Both the position numbers and the translations under genes were made by a program. A stretch of DNA of 63,406 bases, filler included, from Chiloscyllium plagiosum (taxonomy: Eukaryota), in NCBI RefSeq assembly GCF_004010195.1. It is 3 parts of one record of this genome, joined end to end, with 100 filler letters (N's around TTAATTAATTAA, not from the genome) between each part and the next. Parts side by side here need not be neighbours in the genome. Positions count along the whole stretch, not along the records: positions 24,364 to 55,229 come from NC_057710.1; positions 55,330 to 63,406 come from NC_057710.1; 1 more part is not named here. One strand, given 5' to 3'. Each line of letters begins with the position of its first letter. Position 1 is the first letter of the stretch. Shown here one piece after another: positions 49,446-61,599 of the stretch. The notes below the pieces were generated by a model. That model did no database searches. It saw only the letters and a list, made by a program, of their open reading frames with translations, and was not told the origin of the DNA.

Positions 49446-52379
49446 TGCAAGTGCCATATCAAGTCAGGGTAGTGTGTGGATTGGAGACAAATGTGCGTGG
49501 TGTTGTTGCAATCAGCTTGCAAAAGTGTGTGAATACTCAGGCACCACTACTCCTGGGATTGTCAAAAATGGTAAGGATTTAATCAAATTACTCAAAATGC
49601 TTGATGTCCCTGCCTGGTGAACTCAGGTTAATTGAAAATACTGAGTAGGTTTTTATACTTAACAAGAATCTATTGTTTTTTTACAAATAAATCAGTTTGA
49701 ACCACATGCAAATAAAGGTTTAACCTATCAACTTATAAATCTCTAATTTAAACTTGATGCCACTCAATTCTTTGGCTCCCCTGCATCTGCTTGAATAAAG
49801 GAGACCATTATAAAGATACCTCATGTATCCAGACTGGGTTATTCTCCCACCACACATCAATATAGATCAGCCATGATCATGCTGAATAGAGGAGTGTGTT
49901 TAATGGGCCAAATGGCCTACTCTTGCTCCTATCTTTTGTGTTTAATTAAAACTTCAGACCAGACAAGTTGTTTGGCAGTAACTTTTAAAATTCTAACACT
50001 CACTTATTCCTGAATGCACCCACTCTAATGTTTTAAGGAAAGTCATTTGTGGAGAACTGATGGGCAAGGACCCCTAGTTCATTTCATTGCATGCCTTTCC
50101 ATGCCAAGTCTTTCAGTGAAGCCAGTTACAGTACACCTTGTGGAGGATTTGCTTATCTCTGACAGCAAGTTCTGCATTTTCAAAATAACATGTACAAATG
50201 CAGCCAACAGAGGTTGCTGTGAAGATACAATAAAATACTGTATGATACTATAGGCATTGTTAATTTAATCATCATTATTATTGCAAAACGCTATCTCTTT
50301 TGAAGTATATTTTGCTTTCAATAAGTATATGTTTCTTGGGTATTACAGGTTGCTGGAGTTTCTAAGAAAAGTTCTGCCTTTCTGTTTTTTTTCTATTGAT
50401 TGAACAGCAAGGTTATTAATAAGCTCTTTCTCATTATAAGAATTGCTAATGTTGGAAATGGAGAATTTTTAACTGTTGAGTTGCATAGTTTAAGTGGAAT
50501 TAAATTCAAATAATACACGATAGTATTTTTTATTGAAACATTTAGATAAATATATGACAATAGGCATGTGCGACAATCAATGGATTGCCACACATTGAGA
50601 TACAGCTTTGTTATAATATGAAAAAGTGGAAAACTTTGCTCTTTATCTTGTCTTGGAGTGAATCTCAGGTATTTGATGATATTCATTTTGTTATCTGTAC
50701 TATTCTGTGAAATTTCATGCAACATACATTAACACTGTAAACAACACATTACTAAAAGCCACCCCTGTGTGGCTATGGCCCAAGCATCTCCTTTTGTAAA
50801 GTGGGATTTTATATTGAGGAATGTACAGTAAAATAAGCTGAACTGGACATTTTTATTTCACAAAGTTCTAAATAAATCAGGGTACTGTGTTGGAAAAATG
50901 TACATTCGGTAAATAAAAAGAACACAGAGAAAGATAAAGTAATGGACTAAAATTCTATACAAGTTGAGATACTTTTAAAGAACTTGGCCTATCCTTCTTT
51001 TTGGAGATAACCCATTTCTGCAATATGAATATACCATAACATATAGTTTAGCATTAATTTTATAAATTTCTATGAAGACCACAAATCCGAGCAATATGGG
51101 CATTCAACACATAATTTAATAAAATTAACCTTTTGACTTCCTCCCTATGTCATGAGTATGCTTAACTAAATTATTATAGAATTTCATTTATTATGTTTGA
51201 CTAATTTCAGCATAGTGTGCAATAATTTTGTTAGTATATTCCATTTTGATGAAGTGCTTATGTTCGTGATGTTGACTCTTCTGCTCCTCAGATGCTGCCT
51301 GATCCGCTGTGCTTTTCCAGTGCCCTCCTTTTTGACTCTGATTCTCCAGCACCAGCAGTCCTCACTTTCTCATAGTGTTGAAATATTGCTCAGTAAAAAT
51401 ATATTACATACTTTCTTCTCTCCTTCGCAATAGTCATGAGAACATAACATAAGCAAATATGTTTTCATATTCTTTTGCATTTATGTTTGCATTGTAACAA
51501 TAATCTAATCGCTGTCCATATTCTTGTGGTATTACTCATTGGGGCGTTGTCAGACCAAAAGCATTGATTGGAGAGCTGCTGATTTTGTGGCATGACCACT
51601 GAATTTCCGTGAGTTGTCACATAGAGACCTATGCAGATAAATAGATAGATATTTACCCACATCTGTCACTGTTTCTTTCCTCAAGCAGGGCTACAAATGA
51701 CAATTTCCAGGAGAAAAATATATGGTTAAAATAATAATAATACTTGTGGTTTCTATTTTATATATAAATATCAAACTGGAGTCTGGAGGCAGAGAGGTTA
51801 GTAATTAGCTGATACTTTGTAATTAAGTACTCTTGCCCATTTCTGTATGTAATTACTGATTTCTTTTTGTATTTTTTTTAGTTCATTTTATGTAAGCTTC
51901 AGAACCACATAATCTCAGGGCGAGGCAGAATGTCAGAAATGGCAAGAATGTTCAATTATAAAACATCACCTGATTATTAAACTGCCCAAAACCAGACAGA
52001 TCAGCTCAATAGGACATTTATAAAAGGAAAATTGTTCTCAACAATGTTGGAAATGCAATTGCTTACTGAAAATGAACTACTGTGCTTGACAATACTTTCT
52101 TTCAATGCCACTCTTTGTAAAGCATAATATGTCACACACCAGAGGTGGCAAAATGTGTTCCTGCCAAGACCCCACAACATTTTTCTATGCATTCTTTCTT
52201 GCATATCACATTGTATTGAAATGGGGACTGATGTCTGTCTCTATCCCTACCTTATTTTGATTAAATCTTTGAGACTGCTGTTTTGCAATAACCTGTTACC
52301 CATTCAGTCCTGCCCTCACTGACTTCAGTTGGTTACTTGCTTGTCAAATGATAAGATACTTTTCTTTTTTGTATCCTTT

Positions 52380-52720
52380 CAACAAAGCAAGCATTTGTTG
52401 CCTACCCATAATTGCCCTTGAAATAATAGGCCTTTTCAGAGGGCAGAGTCCTCTTTGTTGCGGGTCTGGCATCATATATAGGCCAGACCCTGTAAGGATG
52501 GTAGATTTCCTTCCCTAAAGGACATTAACAAACCAGATTTGTTTTGTGATAATGAACATGGGATTCATGATCACAATTACCACAAATAGTTATTTTTTTT
52601 AAACAAGATTTATTTGTTGTATTTAATTTCTACCAGACGCCATGACGGCATTTGAACCTATGTTTCCTAGCCTAGACCTGCAGAATAATGTCCTTGCCCT
52701 ATACTACCATCTCACCCAGG
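52380..52720 (-). mobile_element. Old tRNA-derived SINE (family unassigned)
   Basis: Reverse B box tttgaacc; central gatttccttccctaaaggacatta; LINE-like tail. Confidence 0.55.
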
Positions 52721-54204
52721 AATAGCCATTTAGCTCATCCTCATTTGTTATTGGTCGCTTGCCATTTGTATGCTGTTGCAATGGCAAACTGGGAAAGATT
52801 CTGCATTAATCTCTTGCAACCTAAAGCCAAAATTTCTGATCTGTGTTGAAATTCTGATTTCAAATGTAGATCAGTCAAAAAGTTACTTACTTTCCTACCT
52901 CCAGTTCTTTGGGCTTGACTTCCTGCAAATCTCACCAACAGCAGGAATCCATAATGGGGGGAGCACAGAAAGTCGTCGGATAATCCACTTCCCATTCACG
53001 CTAGTTGCTGCTTTCCAGTATGTGAAGAATTTAAATGTCTGAAGTCTTTTTAAGCAGCTTTAGTGAGAAGCAGCATTGTCTATATGTCTATGTGGTAAAG
53101 ATTCAGGGTGGCAGAGGAGTGGCAGTGAAGATGTGGAGTGGCAACTGTGTGGGTGAGGAGGTATGGAGTAGATGGGTGAGGAAATAGATTGGTAGGTGGG
53201 TGACTGAAGGCTGGTAGTTAGGGAATCCAGTGAGGAGTTAAGGATCGTCAGTAGTACTGTCACCCAGGAAATGGAACTGGCTTTCCCAGTCTAACATTCC
53301 ATGGGTAACTATTCAGAAAAATGAGTTTGAATCCTATGAAACCTGCAAAATTAATTATGAAGTTGGAAATGTTTTTGGATTGTTCTGGATGTCAGTTAGA
53401 AGTTTAAACTTCCCAGGCAATTCCCACAGAATCATTGCAATGGGATATTTGAGGGGTCTTGATCCATATTTTGTGGACTATGCCTGGTCTACAACTGTCT
53501 GGACACCAGAAAGTGGCCAAATTTCAATGAAAGACAAAACATTTGCTGAAGAGATTTTGTAATGTGGCCAGAACCAATTCTCTGACCCTTTGTTCCAGTG
53601 ATTTCAGAGGATGTGTCACTGATGTTCTCCTAACCATCAAGTAAGTCTTCGGGTTCATAAATCTGTCTTCTATCCAGAATGTTTGGAATTGTAATAAAGG
53701 TTTAAGGCCGGAAAAGAAAGCATGCCAGTTAATGATTTCTTCTACTCCTGTGCTCCTCCAAACTCCACATGAAGGTAAGAACCTTTAATAAAATTGGCTT
53801 TCTGATGTTCAGCTCCAAAGAATATCTGTGCGACAAACTCTGATCAAAGCATTTCTTTCAGCCACAATGTGCTATGTTTGCACTAGCAGTCAGGTGCCAT
53901 TTTTGCATTGCACAAATGTTATTTTATTTAGCTTATAGCTAGGGACAAGAAATCAGGCAGATAATATGAATGGCTGTGTTTGAAAGTGTGTTAGATTTTA
54001 AGTCATGCCCATGGATCCTGCAGAGTGAACACCAAAGGTGCCAACCATCCCACACCCATTTTTGCTTTTAAATTTGGCATATAAATTCGCCTCCACCTTT
54101 AGAGGGATTTTCTGTGGCTTCAAAAATCGATTCAGTTGCCGATATCTATGATATATCTCAGTCCAAAGTTTTGTACATGTAAACATGGGTGACAGAAAAA
54201 GTAC

Positions 54205-54560
54205 TATAAAGTAGGAATAGGAGAAGGCAATTTGATACTTCAAGCCTGCTCCACCATTCAACGTGATCATGGCTGATCATCCAACTCAATACGCTGTTCC
54301 CACTTTCTCCCCATACTACTTGATCCCTTCAGCCCTAAGTAGTATTTCTGACCCCTCTCAATGGTTTGGTCTCAACTGCTTTCTATAGCAGAATATTCCA
54401 TAGGCTCACCACACTCTGGGTGAAGGCATTTCTCCTCATTGCAATCCTAAACAGCCTATCCCATTTCGTTCGATTGTGATCCTAGTCAGTGGTCACATTC
54501 TTTCTGCATTTACTGCATCTGGTCCTTTTAGAATTTTTTAGGTTTCTATGAGACCATCCC
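54205..54560 (-). mobile_element. CR1-type 3' tail
   Basis: taggaataggagaaggc...atcatggctgatc tail motif. Confidence 0.65.
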
Positions 54561-54824
54561 TCTAAACTTTTCTTTTCTATGACATTTCAGTGAAGAACTG
54601 AGGAGTCATTGCATTATTGGAGGTGTCACTTTCCAGGTGCGATTTTAACTGAGGCTTCATTTCTTCCCTTTAATGTGCAATTAATTGATTTCCTGGGACT
54701 ATTTTGATGAAGCGTAGGAACGGAAAGATCTTCTCACTGTCCTACCAATATTTAATCGCAGCCAACATTATGAAAACAAATTGCCTGATTATTATTATAT
54801 TGTTGTTTGTGAGATCTTGCTGGC

Positions 54825-55229
54825 ACCACCCCCCACCACCAAACCATCATCTCCCAGACCGTCCATAACCTCATCACCTCGGGGGATCTCCCATCCACCG
54901 CCTCCAACCTCATAGTCCCACAACCCCGCACTGCCCGCTTCTACCTCCTGCCCAAAATCCATCACAGATACCTCCTCCTACTGCCCCCTTGACCATGACC
55001 CCACCCCCCACCACCAAACCATCATCTCCCAGACCGTCCATAACCTCATCACCTCGGGGAATCTCCCATCCACCGCCTCCAACCTCATAGTCCCACAACC
55101 CCGCACCGCCCGCTTCTACCTCCTGCCCAAAATCCACAAACCTGACCGCCCTGGCCGACCCATTGTATCCGCCTGCTCCTGCCCCACAGAACTCATCTCC
55201 GCATACCTTGACACCGTCCTGCCCCCCTT
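54825..55229 (+). mobile_element. Penelope RT fragment with ~135-bp direct duplication
   Basis: RTARFYLLPKIHKPDRPGRPIVSACSCPTE; ~54825-54961 repeated at ~55002-55136. Confidence 0.88.
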
Positions 55230-55329
55230 NNNNNNNNNNNNNNNNNNNNNNNNNNNNNNNNNNNNNNNNNNNNTTAATTAATTAANNNNNNNNNNNNNNN
55301 NNNNNNNNNNNNNNNNNNNNNNNNNNNNN
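55230..55329. other. Artificial 100-bp scaffold spacer
   Basis: 44 N + TTAATTAATTAA + 44 N. Confidence 0.95.
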
Positions 55330-57357
55330 GCTAGGCTCTGCTTCCAGTCTATTTTCGTCAGTTCCTCTCTCATGCCCTCATAATTACCTTTATTTAACTG
55401 TAACACCATTACATCCGATTTTGCCTTCTCTCTTTCAAACTGCAGACTGAACTCTACCATATTATGATCGCTGCTTCCTAAGTGTTCCCTTACTTTAAGA
55501 TTTTTTTTGTGTTGGAGTTGGTTCAGTCAAGCCATTCAAGAGGATATTAGAGGGTTACTTAAATTGAAATTGATGTGTATCATTTAGGATGAGGACAGGA
55601 GAATGACATTAATTCATGATATTCATTCAGAGAGCCAGAGTGAACACAATGAACCAAATGTGCAGTAACTTAACGCTTACACTGTCTACCTAAGTGTAAG
55701 TGTTCATACATTACTATATTTTATCAATTGAAAGAAGTGTCCAATGAAAAGTATTTTTAAGAAGTCCTTTTTGTCTCTGGCATCATGTTTTGTGCTGTGA
55801 TTTCAATTGACTGACAGCTGTTTAAAAAAAATTGCTTTTGAAAGTTAAAGACATTTTTTGCACTTGCAGGTCATCTGTTACTACAAGAATTATTGAAACT
55901 TTTAAGAAACTGTAATAATAGAATATGCATTTGAAGTGGTTTCTTGTTTGTTCATAAATCTCGCAACACTTATAGGATTACATTGTGCTTACACTGAAGT
56001 CGGCACCTATGATAGTAAGTTTGAATTCAGGATATATTATATTGTTAGATGTTTAGTATTTATTCACTAACTTAAAACACTTACCCTTGCTGTTACATGA
56101 TTACTGGGGACTGTCCATAGTGAGAACATAGAACATAGAAAGGTACAGTATAGAACAGGCTTTTTTATGTATGAGTATGGAGGGTACATGTGAGGCATGG
56201 GTAATCTGAGGGGACATGGGATTGCATTAAGGGTTGGGGGGGCATGTGGGGCTTGAGTGGTGAAGATTAGGGGGTCTTTAAACACTTTTGGGAGCTGACC
56301 TTACCAGCTTAGAAATATAAGATGGATTTTTAACTTTTAATCACATCCACATTTCTCACACATTCCTTTGAAATTTGGAAAATACAAATCTGAACCCTGT
56401 CAAAAGAGACAAAAATGTGTCATACAAGGTCCTGATGTACATTTTGAAAGGTGTAAAAGTGTACAGATTTTTTTTTCAAAGCCTGTAGGAAATTCCAACC
56501 CCTTACATCAGCTACCTCCAGGCCCAAAGTATAATTTTCATACTTAAGGAAAACTGAATGAAAATGTGTGAATTTATCATCCTTTTGTATTTTTTAACCA
56601 AGTTATTATATCTGCTATTTCAGTTGTATGGATAATTATACTTAAGAAGTCTGGAAAAAAATGGTCAGGTTTTCTGCTGCTTGGTCTCTGACTTCTTTCA
56701 ATTGGTCATGTTGCTTGCCCACATATTATGGTGACTGAGCCACTTTATATTCTGTTCATTCTCCCACTCATCAATTTCATCATCTCCTGCATTTGTGATC
56801 ATATTCCCTTCTAGTTCACCTAATATCCATTTGTACCATCACTGTAAAGTTAATACAAAATATCTAATAGCTCTGTCATGCTTACATCCTTCACAATTCA
56901 TTAGCCCCAAACCTGCCCTCATATTCTCTCCATCTGGCCTTTTATCATATTCATTTTTCATCTGTCTGGGTAAAAGAAAATACAGGTAAAAATAATATGA
57001 ACTTACGGAGCATTGTCCATGCCTCAAGACATCCCAGAATACTTTATAATCAATTAATAACTTTTGTTCTTTGCAAGCTGGGAATAGAATCAAATCTTTG
57101 CTTCTTCCAATGACTCCATGCTTCGTCAGTTCACAGAGTTAATTCTCATAATGTCACACTGCAGTGAGTGAGCTTAGTTTTATCTAATTTACTTCACGAG
57201 GTGAAATACAATGGTCAATAGGATTGTAATAATATTGTGAAGAATGATCTCTGATGTCATGACTTGATAACATATAGACAAAAACTTATAGTATTTTATA
57301 CTAATTGTCTGATTTCAGATGGCTGAATCTTATATTGCTTTGATTAAGTCTGAGTTG

Positions 57358-57460
57358 AAACTTTATTGCTGGAACAGCACAGCAGGTCAGGCAGCATCCA
57401 GGGAACAGGAGATTCGACGTTTCGGGCACAGGCCCTTCTTCAGGAATCATTTGATTCAGA
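57358..57460 (-). mobile_element. ~100-bp family A PLE tail insertion
   Basis: Perfect 19-bp TSD tttgattaagtctgagttg. Confidence 0.85.
57411..57448 (-). ncRNA. Minimal type I hammerhead ribozyme, apparently intact
   Basis: GAUUC-CUGAAGA-A-GGGC(CUGU)GCCC-GAAA-CG-UC^GAAUC: perfect stems I and II, GUC cleavage triplet. Confidence 0.8.
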
Positions 57461-57563
57461 TTTGATTAAGTCTGAGTTGCATTAAGCTTTTTGGAAGTTT
57501 TGCTACAATGAGGTCTGACAAGTTTGCTCTTTGTATCTCACCAAACCACTTACGTTAATTGCC

Positions 57564-58354
57564 CTCCAATGCATCTCATTCACATCCCGCACCTCCGCCC
57601 TCAAACCCCACCTCTCCAACTATAACAAGGACAGAACCTCCTTGGTCCTCAGTTTCCACTCTACCAACCTTCGCATTAACCATATCATCCACTGACATTT
57701 CCGCCACCTCCAAACCGACCCCACCACCAGAGATATATTTCCCTCCCTACCCCTTTCCACTTTCCGCAAAGACTGTTCCCTCCGTGACTACCTGGTCAGG
57801 TCCACGCGCACCCAACAAACCACCCTCCCATCCTGGTACCCTCCCCTACCACCGCAGGAATTGCAAAACTTGCGCCCACACCACCTCCTTCACCTCCATC
57901 CAGGGCCCCAAAGAAACCTTCCATATCCATCAAAGTTTTACCTGCACATCCACTAATGTAATTTGTTGTATCCGTTGCTTCCAATGCGGTCTCCTCTACA
58001 CTGGGGAGACTGGATGTCTCCTCGCAGGGCGCTTTAGGGAACATCTCCGGGACACCTGCACCAATCAAACCCACCGCCTTGTGGCCCAACATTTCAACTC
58101 CCCCTCCCACTCTGCCGAGGACATGCAGGCCCTGGGCCTCCTACACCGCCGCTCCCTCACCACCTGACGCCTGGAGGAAGAACGCCTCATCTTCTGCCTC
58201 GGAACACTTCAACCCCAGGGCATCAATGTGGACTTCAACATGGAGGCTTCCTGCCTCTATTCCTGATGAAGGGCTTTTACCTGAAACATCGATTTTCCAG
58301 CTCCTCGGATGCTGCCTGACCTGCAGTGCTTTTCCAGCACCACTCTGATCTAAA
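57564..58354 (+). mobile_element. Penelope-like element (Neptune-type) 3' part
   Basis: HRRNCKTC; CCIRCFQCGLLYTGETG; hammerhead-like core 58263-58290; 17-bp TSD with 1 mismatch. Confidence 0.9.
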
Positions 58355-59404
58355 CACTTACATTAATTGCCTACCCTCTCCCATCTTCCCCTGTGACCTT
58401 CTGACAACAACTTGCTTCTCTGCATTCCTTGTATTTGTGCTATCTATGAAAGCCTGCTATGAACCTGGACAAATGATGTCTGCTGCCACCAGTTTTCATC
58501 TATTGAAAGCAGGTGTCAATGAGGTTCTGTCTGGCTTGTAGCATCCAACACAACTGAGCTCTGTGAAGGACAAAGACAGCCTCCTTAAAAGATTGCTGCT
58601 ATTCCCCAGTTCCCCAGTGTCTATCACATCGTCTGTTCCAATTGTGCAGATAACTGAACATCGAAAATAGATGACACACTTTGTTCAGATGAAACTGGAG
58701 GAGGCCTCAAACTGGTCCAAGGTGTAGAACCACAGGTTTAGGACTCCTTTCATCTGTTCCATCAGTAATCAACCTTGTAAGACCCCTCTCAAACACACCA
58801 GGTACATGAAAGTCCTCCTGGATGTAATTTACTAAGCATGATCAGTAAAATTGTACATTGTTATCTAACTTTGCCATCCAGCAAGATATCCCCTCACCCC
58901 CCAAAGACATTCCAAATCAAGCAATGACAGCAGCCTTTCTATATGTCTATATTAAAATACCCTTTAGAATGGCAGCAGTAACAGTCTTTGGCCTCTGCTG
59001 AAACCCTGCTGTGCTAATAAGAATGGCACAGTATGGCAAGACAAGGGAATGCAAGGCAGGGCAAGACATGAACGGTGGAGCATGCAGGTAAGTCCATAAT
59101 GGATGAGCTATAAGCAATCAAAGAGGCAGCTTTGAGATGCAATCTGGTGCATTCCGTAATCTTGCTGCCTGTATGTTTGTGCAAAGTGTCTGAGCTGCAG
59201 CCTTCTCAATGCTAGTTGCTGCTGTGCTCTGCTATTCAATTCTGTGTCTAGTCAGTGACCTGCAAGTCTGTCAAGGATGTGCCATGATGGTTTGGCAGAT
59301 GTTGGATGTTTGTTGGAGGGTGTGCATGAGAGGCTGGTACGCATGGATTGAACCTAGGTGGTTGATGCCCAGTACAAGATGGAAGTCACTTGGAGCAAGT
59401 GCTC

Positions 59405-59701
59405 GGCTGAATCTTCCAGCTTCACACCCTGGTTCCTTTGTTGAATTTTCCCAATGTGAGGCTCATTTGGTGAATTTGGTCAATGGAAGGCTGAATAATA
59501 ATGATGTGAGTTGTGGCGTTAATGAGCATTAATCCCCATCAATTGGCATCGAGCCACTGCCCAGCGAGAATCTCACCGTGCCACTTGTGACAAGGGTAAA
59601 AAGATGGAATGAGGTGATCTCGATGTCAAGATCGCCCTCGCTGCATTTGTCACCCAATTTTGCCATGGGCCACATCGTTCACATCCTTGGAAGATTCAAC
59701 C
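59405..59701. mobile_element. Possible MITE
   Basis: 14-bp terminal inverted repeat ggctgaatcttcca / tggaagattcaacc (13/14); no clear TSD. Confidence 0.4.
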
Positions 59702-60299
59702 CAGACTGTCTTCTTTTCTAATAGAGTCAAGAAAACACACAAAATGCTTTAATCTTGCTGTGGATACAGCAGTGTGTCATCGAGTGTTGTCGCATGACCA
59801 CAACATTAGTAAAATGTGTTAATATATTGGATGGGATATTGGGTCAATGCCATTGTGCATTGCCTGCTGCAGTGTGGATGAGGAGAAAGTGAACACTTCA
59901 AAAATACTTCCAGCAGTTTCAGCATGGATGCTATTGTGGTGGAAAATTTGATGCTGATCTTTATTTGGTGTATTGCATATGCTTATGTGTCTGGTCTTGT
60001 TGCTACGCCGGACCAGATCATGTTCCCAGCAGAGTTACATAAGTGACATTGGACTGTATTGCAGGAAACAAAATGAAATTAAATCGTGAATGAGATCACA
60101 AGTAACTTAGTTACAATTGTTTTATCAGAAAATTTCTGACTATATTGTTCATACATTGATCTTTGAAATTTTTTTACGTGTATGGCTTTTGGAATAATTA
60201 CCAAGTTCACACTTATTACAGTTTGTGCAAGAGATCAGTGTCCCTAGTTGGCAATTAATTTCCTCACCTTATTTTACCAAAAATATATTCATAAAATTT

Positions 60300-60790
60300 A
60301 CAGAAGGATGCTAATGTGTTTGGACAAGGTTTAAGAGACCAATACCTGGAATGAATGGATTACCTTATGAGTAAATAGTAGGCCTGTTTTCTCTGAGATA
60401 GAAGAGGCAGAGGTCACTTAATTGAAAATTTAAGATCCTGAGGCGACTTGACTAGGTGGATGTTGAAAACACATTTCCTTGTGTGGGAGTATCTAGAACT
60501 GGGATCATGGTTTAAAAATAAGGACCCATCCATTTACAGTACAGATGAGGACACATTTTTTTTCTCTCTTTGGAATTCTCTTCCTGAAAAGACAGTGGAT
60601 TCAGAATCTTTAAGTAGTATTAAGGGCAGAGGGAGATAGGATTCTTGATTTCTAAGGGGATGCAAGATTATCAGTGGTACGCAGGAAAATACGCAGGGGT
60701 CAAGTTAAAATTAGATCAGCCATGGTCTCCCTTATTTGTGAAGCAGATTCAGTGGGCTGAATGGACTACTGTTGTTCCTTGTGCATACGT
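60300..60790 (+). mobile_element. Old CR1 3' end
   Basis: Degenerate GLFSL..RRQRSL; LWNSLPEKTV. Confidence 0.7.
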
Positions 60791-61599
60791 TTGTAACTAA
60801 ATATGTTTGTTTCCAGCAACTTCTGTTTGTATTTTTTTCAAACTGATGTTACATAAATTGCAAAACAAATCAGTTTTATGTTCATTATGTATCAAGCTTA
60901 TACAGTGATGGTTTTCGTACAGTCTCCACCCATTCAGCTTTTAGCATATTGAAGGGCCTTAGACAGTGACCATTCCCCAGTGCACCTTTGTGGGAGCTGC
61001 CCAATCTTTAATGTGTCCTTCCGCATGTGGTACCTTGGAATCTGCTACACTGTAACACTCAGTTGTGCACAACTGGAAGCATAACAAGTTTCAGACAGAC
61101 CAAAGGTCATCATTCCCAAATTGACAGTCTTCCAATCAGTAATATTTGTTTCAATGTTTATCCCTGGGAATATTCCATAGAGCACAGAATCCTGTGAAAA
61201 AGAACTGCTCAGGATAAACCTCGATGAAAACCATAAATCTTTTTCCAGACCTGCCTTATAACAGCACATTCCAGAATGATGTGGACAATGGAGTCAGACA
61301 TTGGACATGTAGCAAGGATCTGACAAGGAGAGCTCCTTTTACCACCAGTCAAGCTTGGTCTTGGTGTTTAAAAGTTCTCATAATCAGTGCTTCTGTCAAA
61401 TAACTTTTGAAAGTGCTTAGGGAGAAATCCAACAGCATTGACGAGCTTCTTTACTGAAGGATGTTATGTTCAGACCACAGCAGTGAACTTGCGGTCAAAG
61501 ATGTTTTTCTGCAAAAACATTTCCAAGAGGTCCATTTCGCCAGAGCACCGAGGAGAGAAGGAGAGGTGAAGCGAGGGCTGCTGGGAAGGGTGAGTTTTC

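Noticed and set aside
56085..56110. 26-nt minus-strand exon candidate with a gtaagt donor
   Set aside because: Its pyrimidine tract comes from a LINE (ctatgtt)n tail, and it lies beyond a spacer
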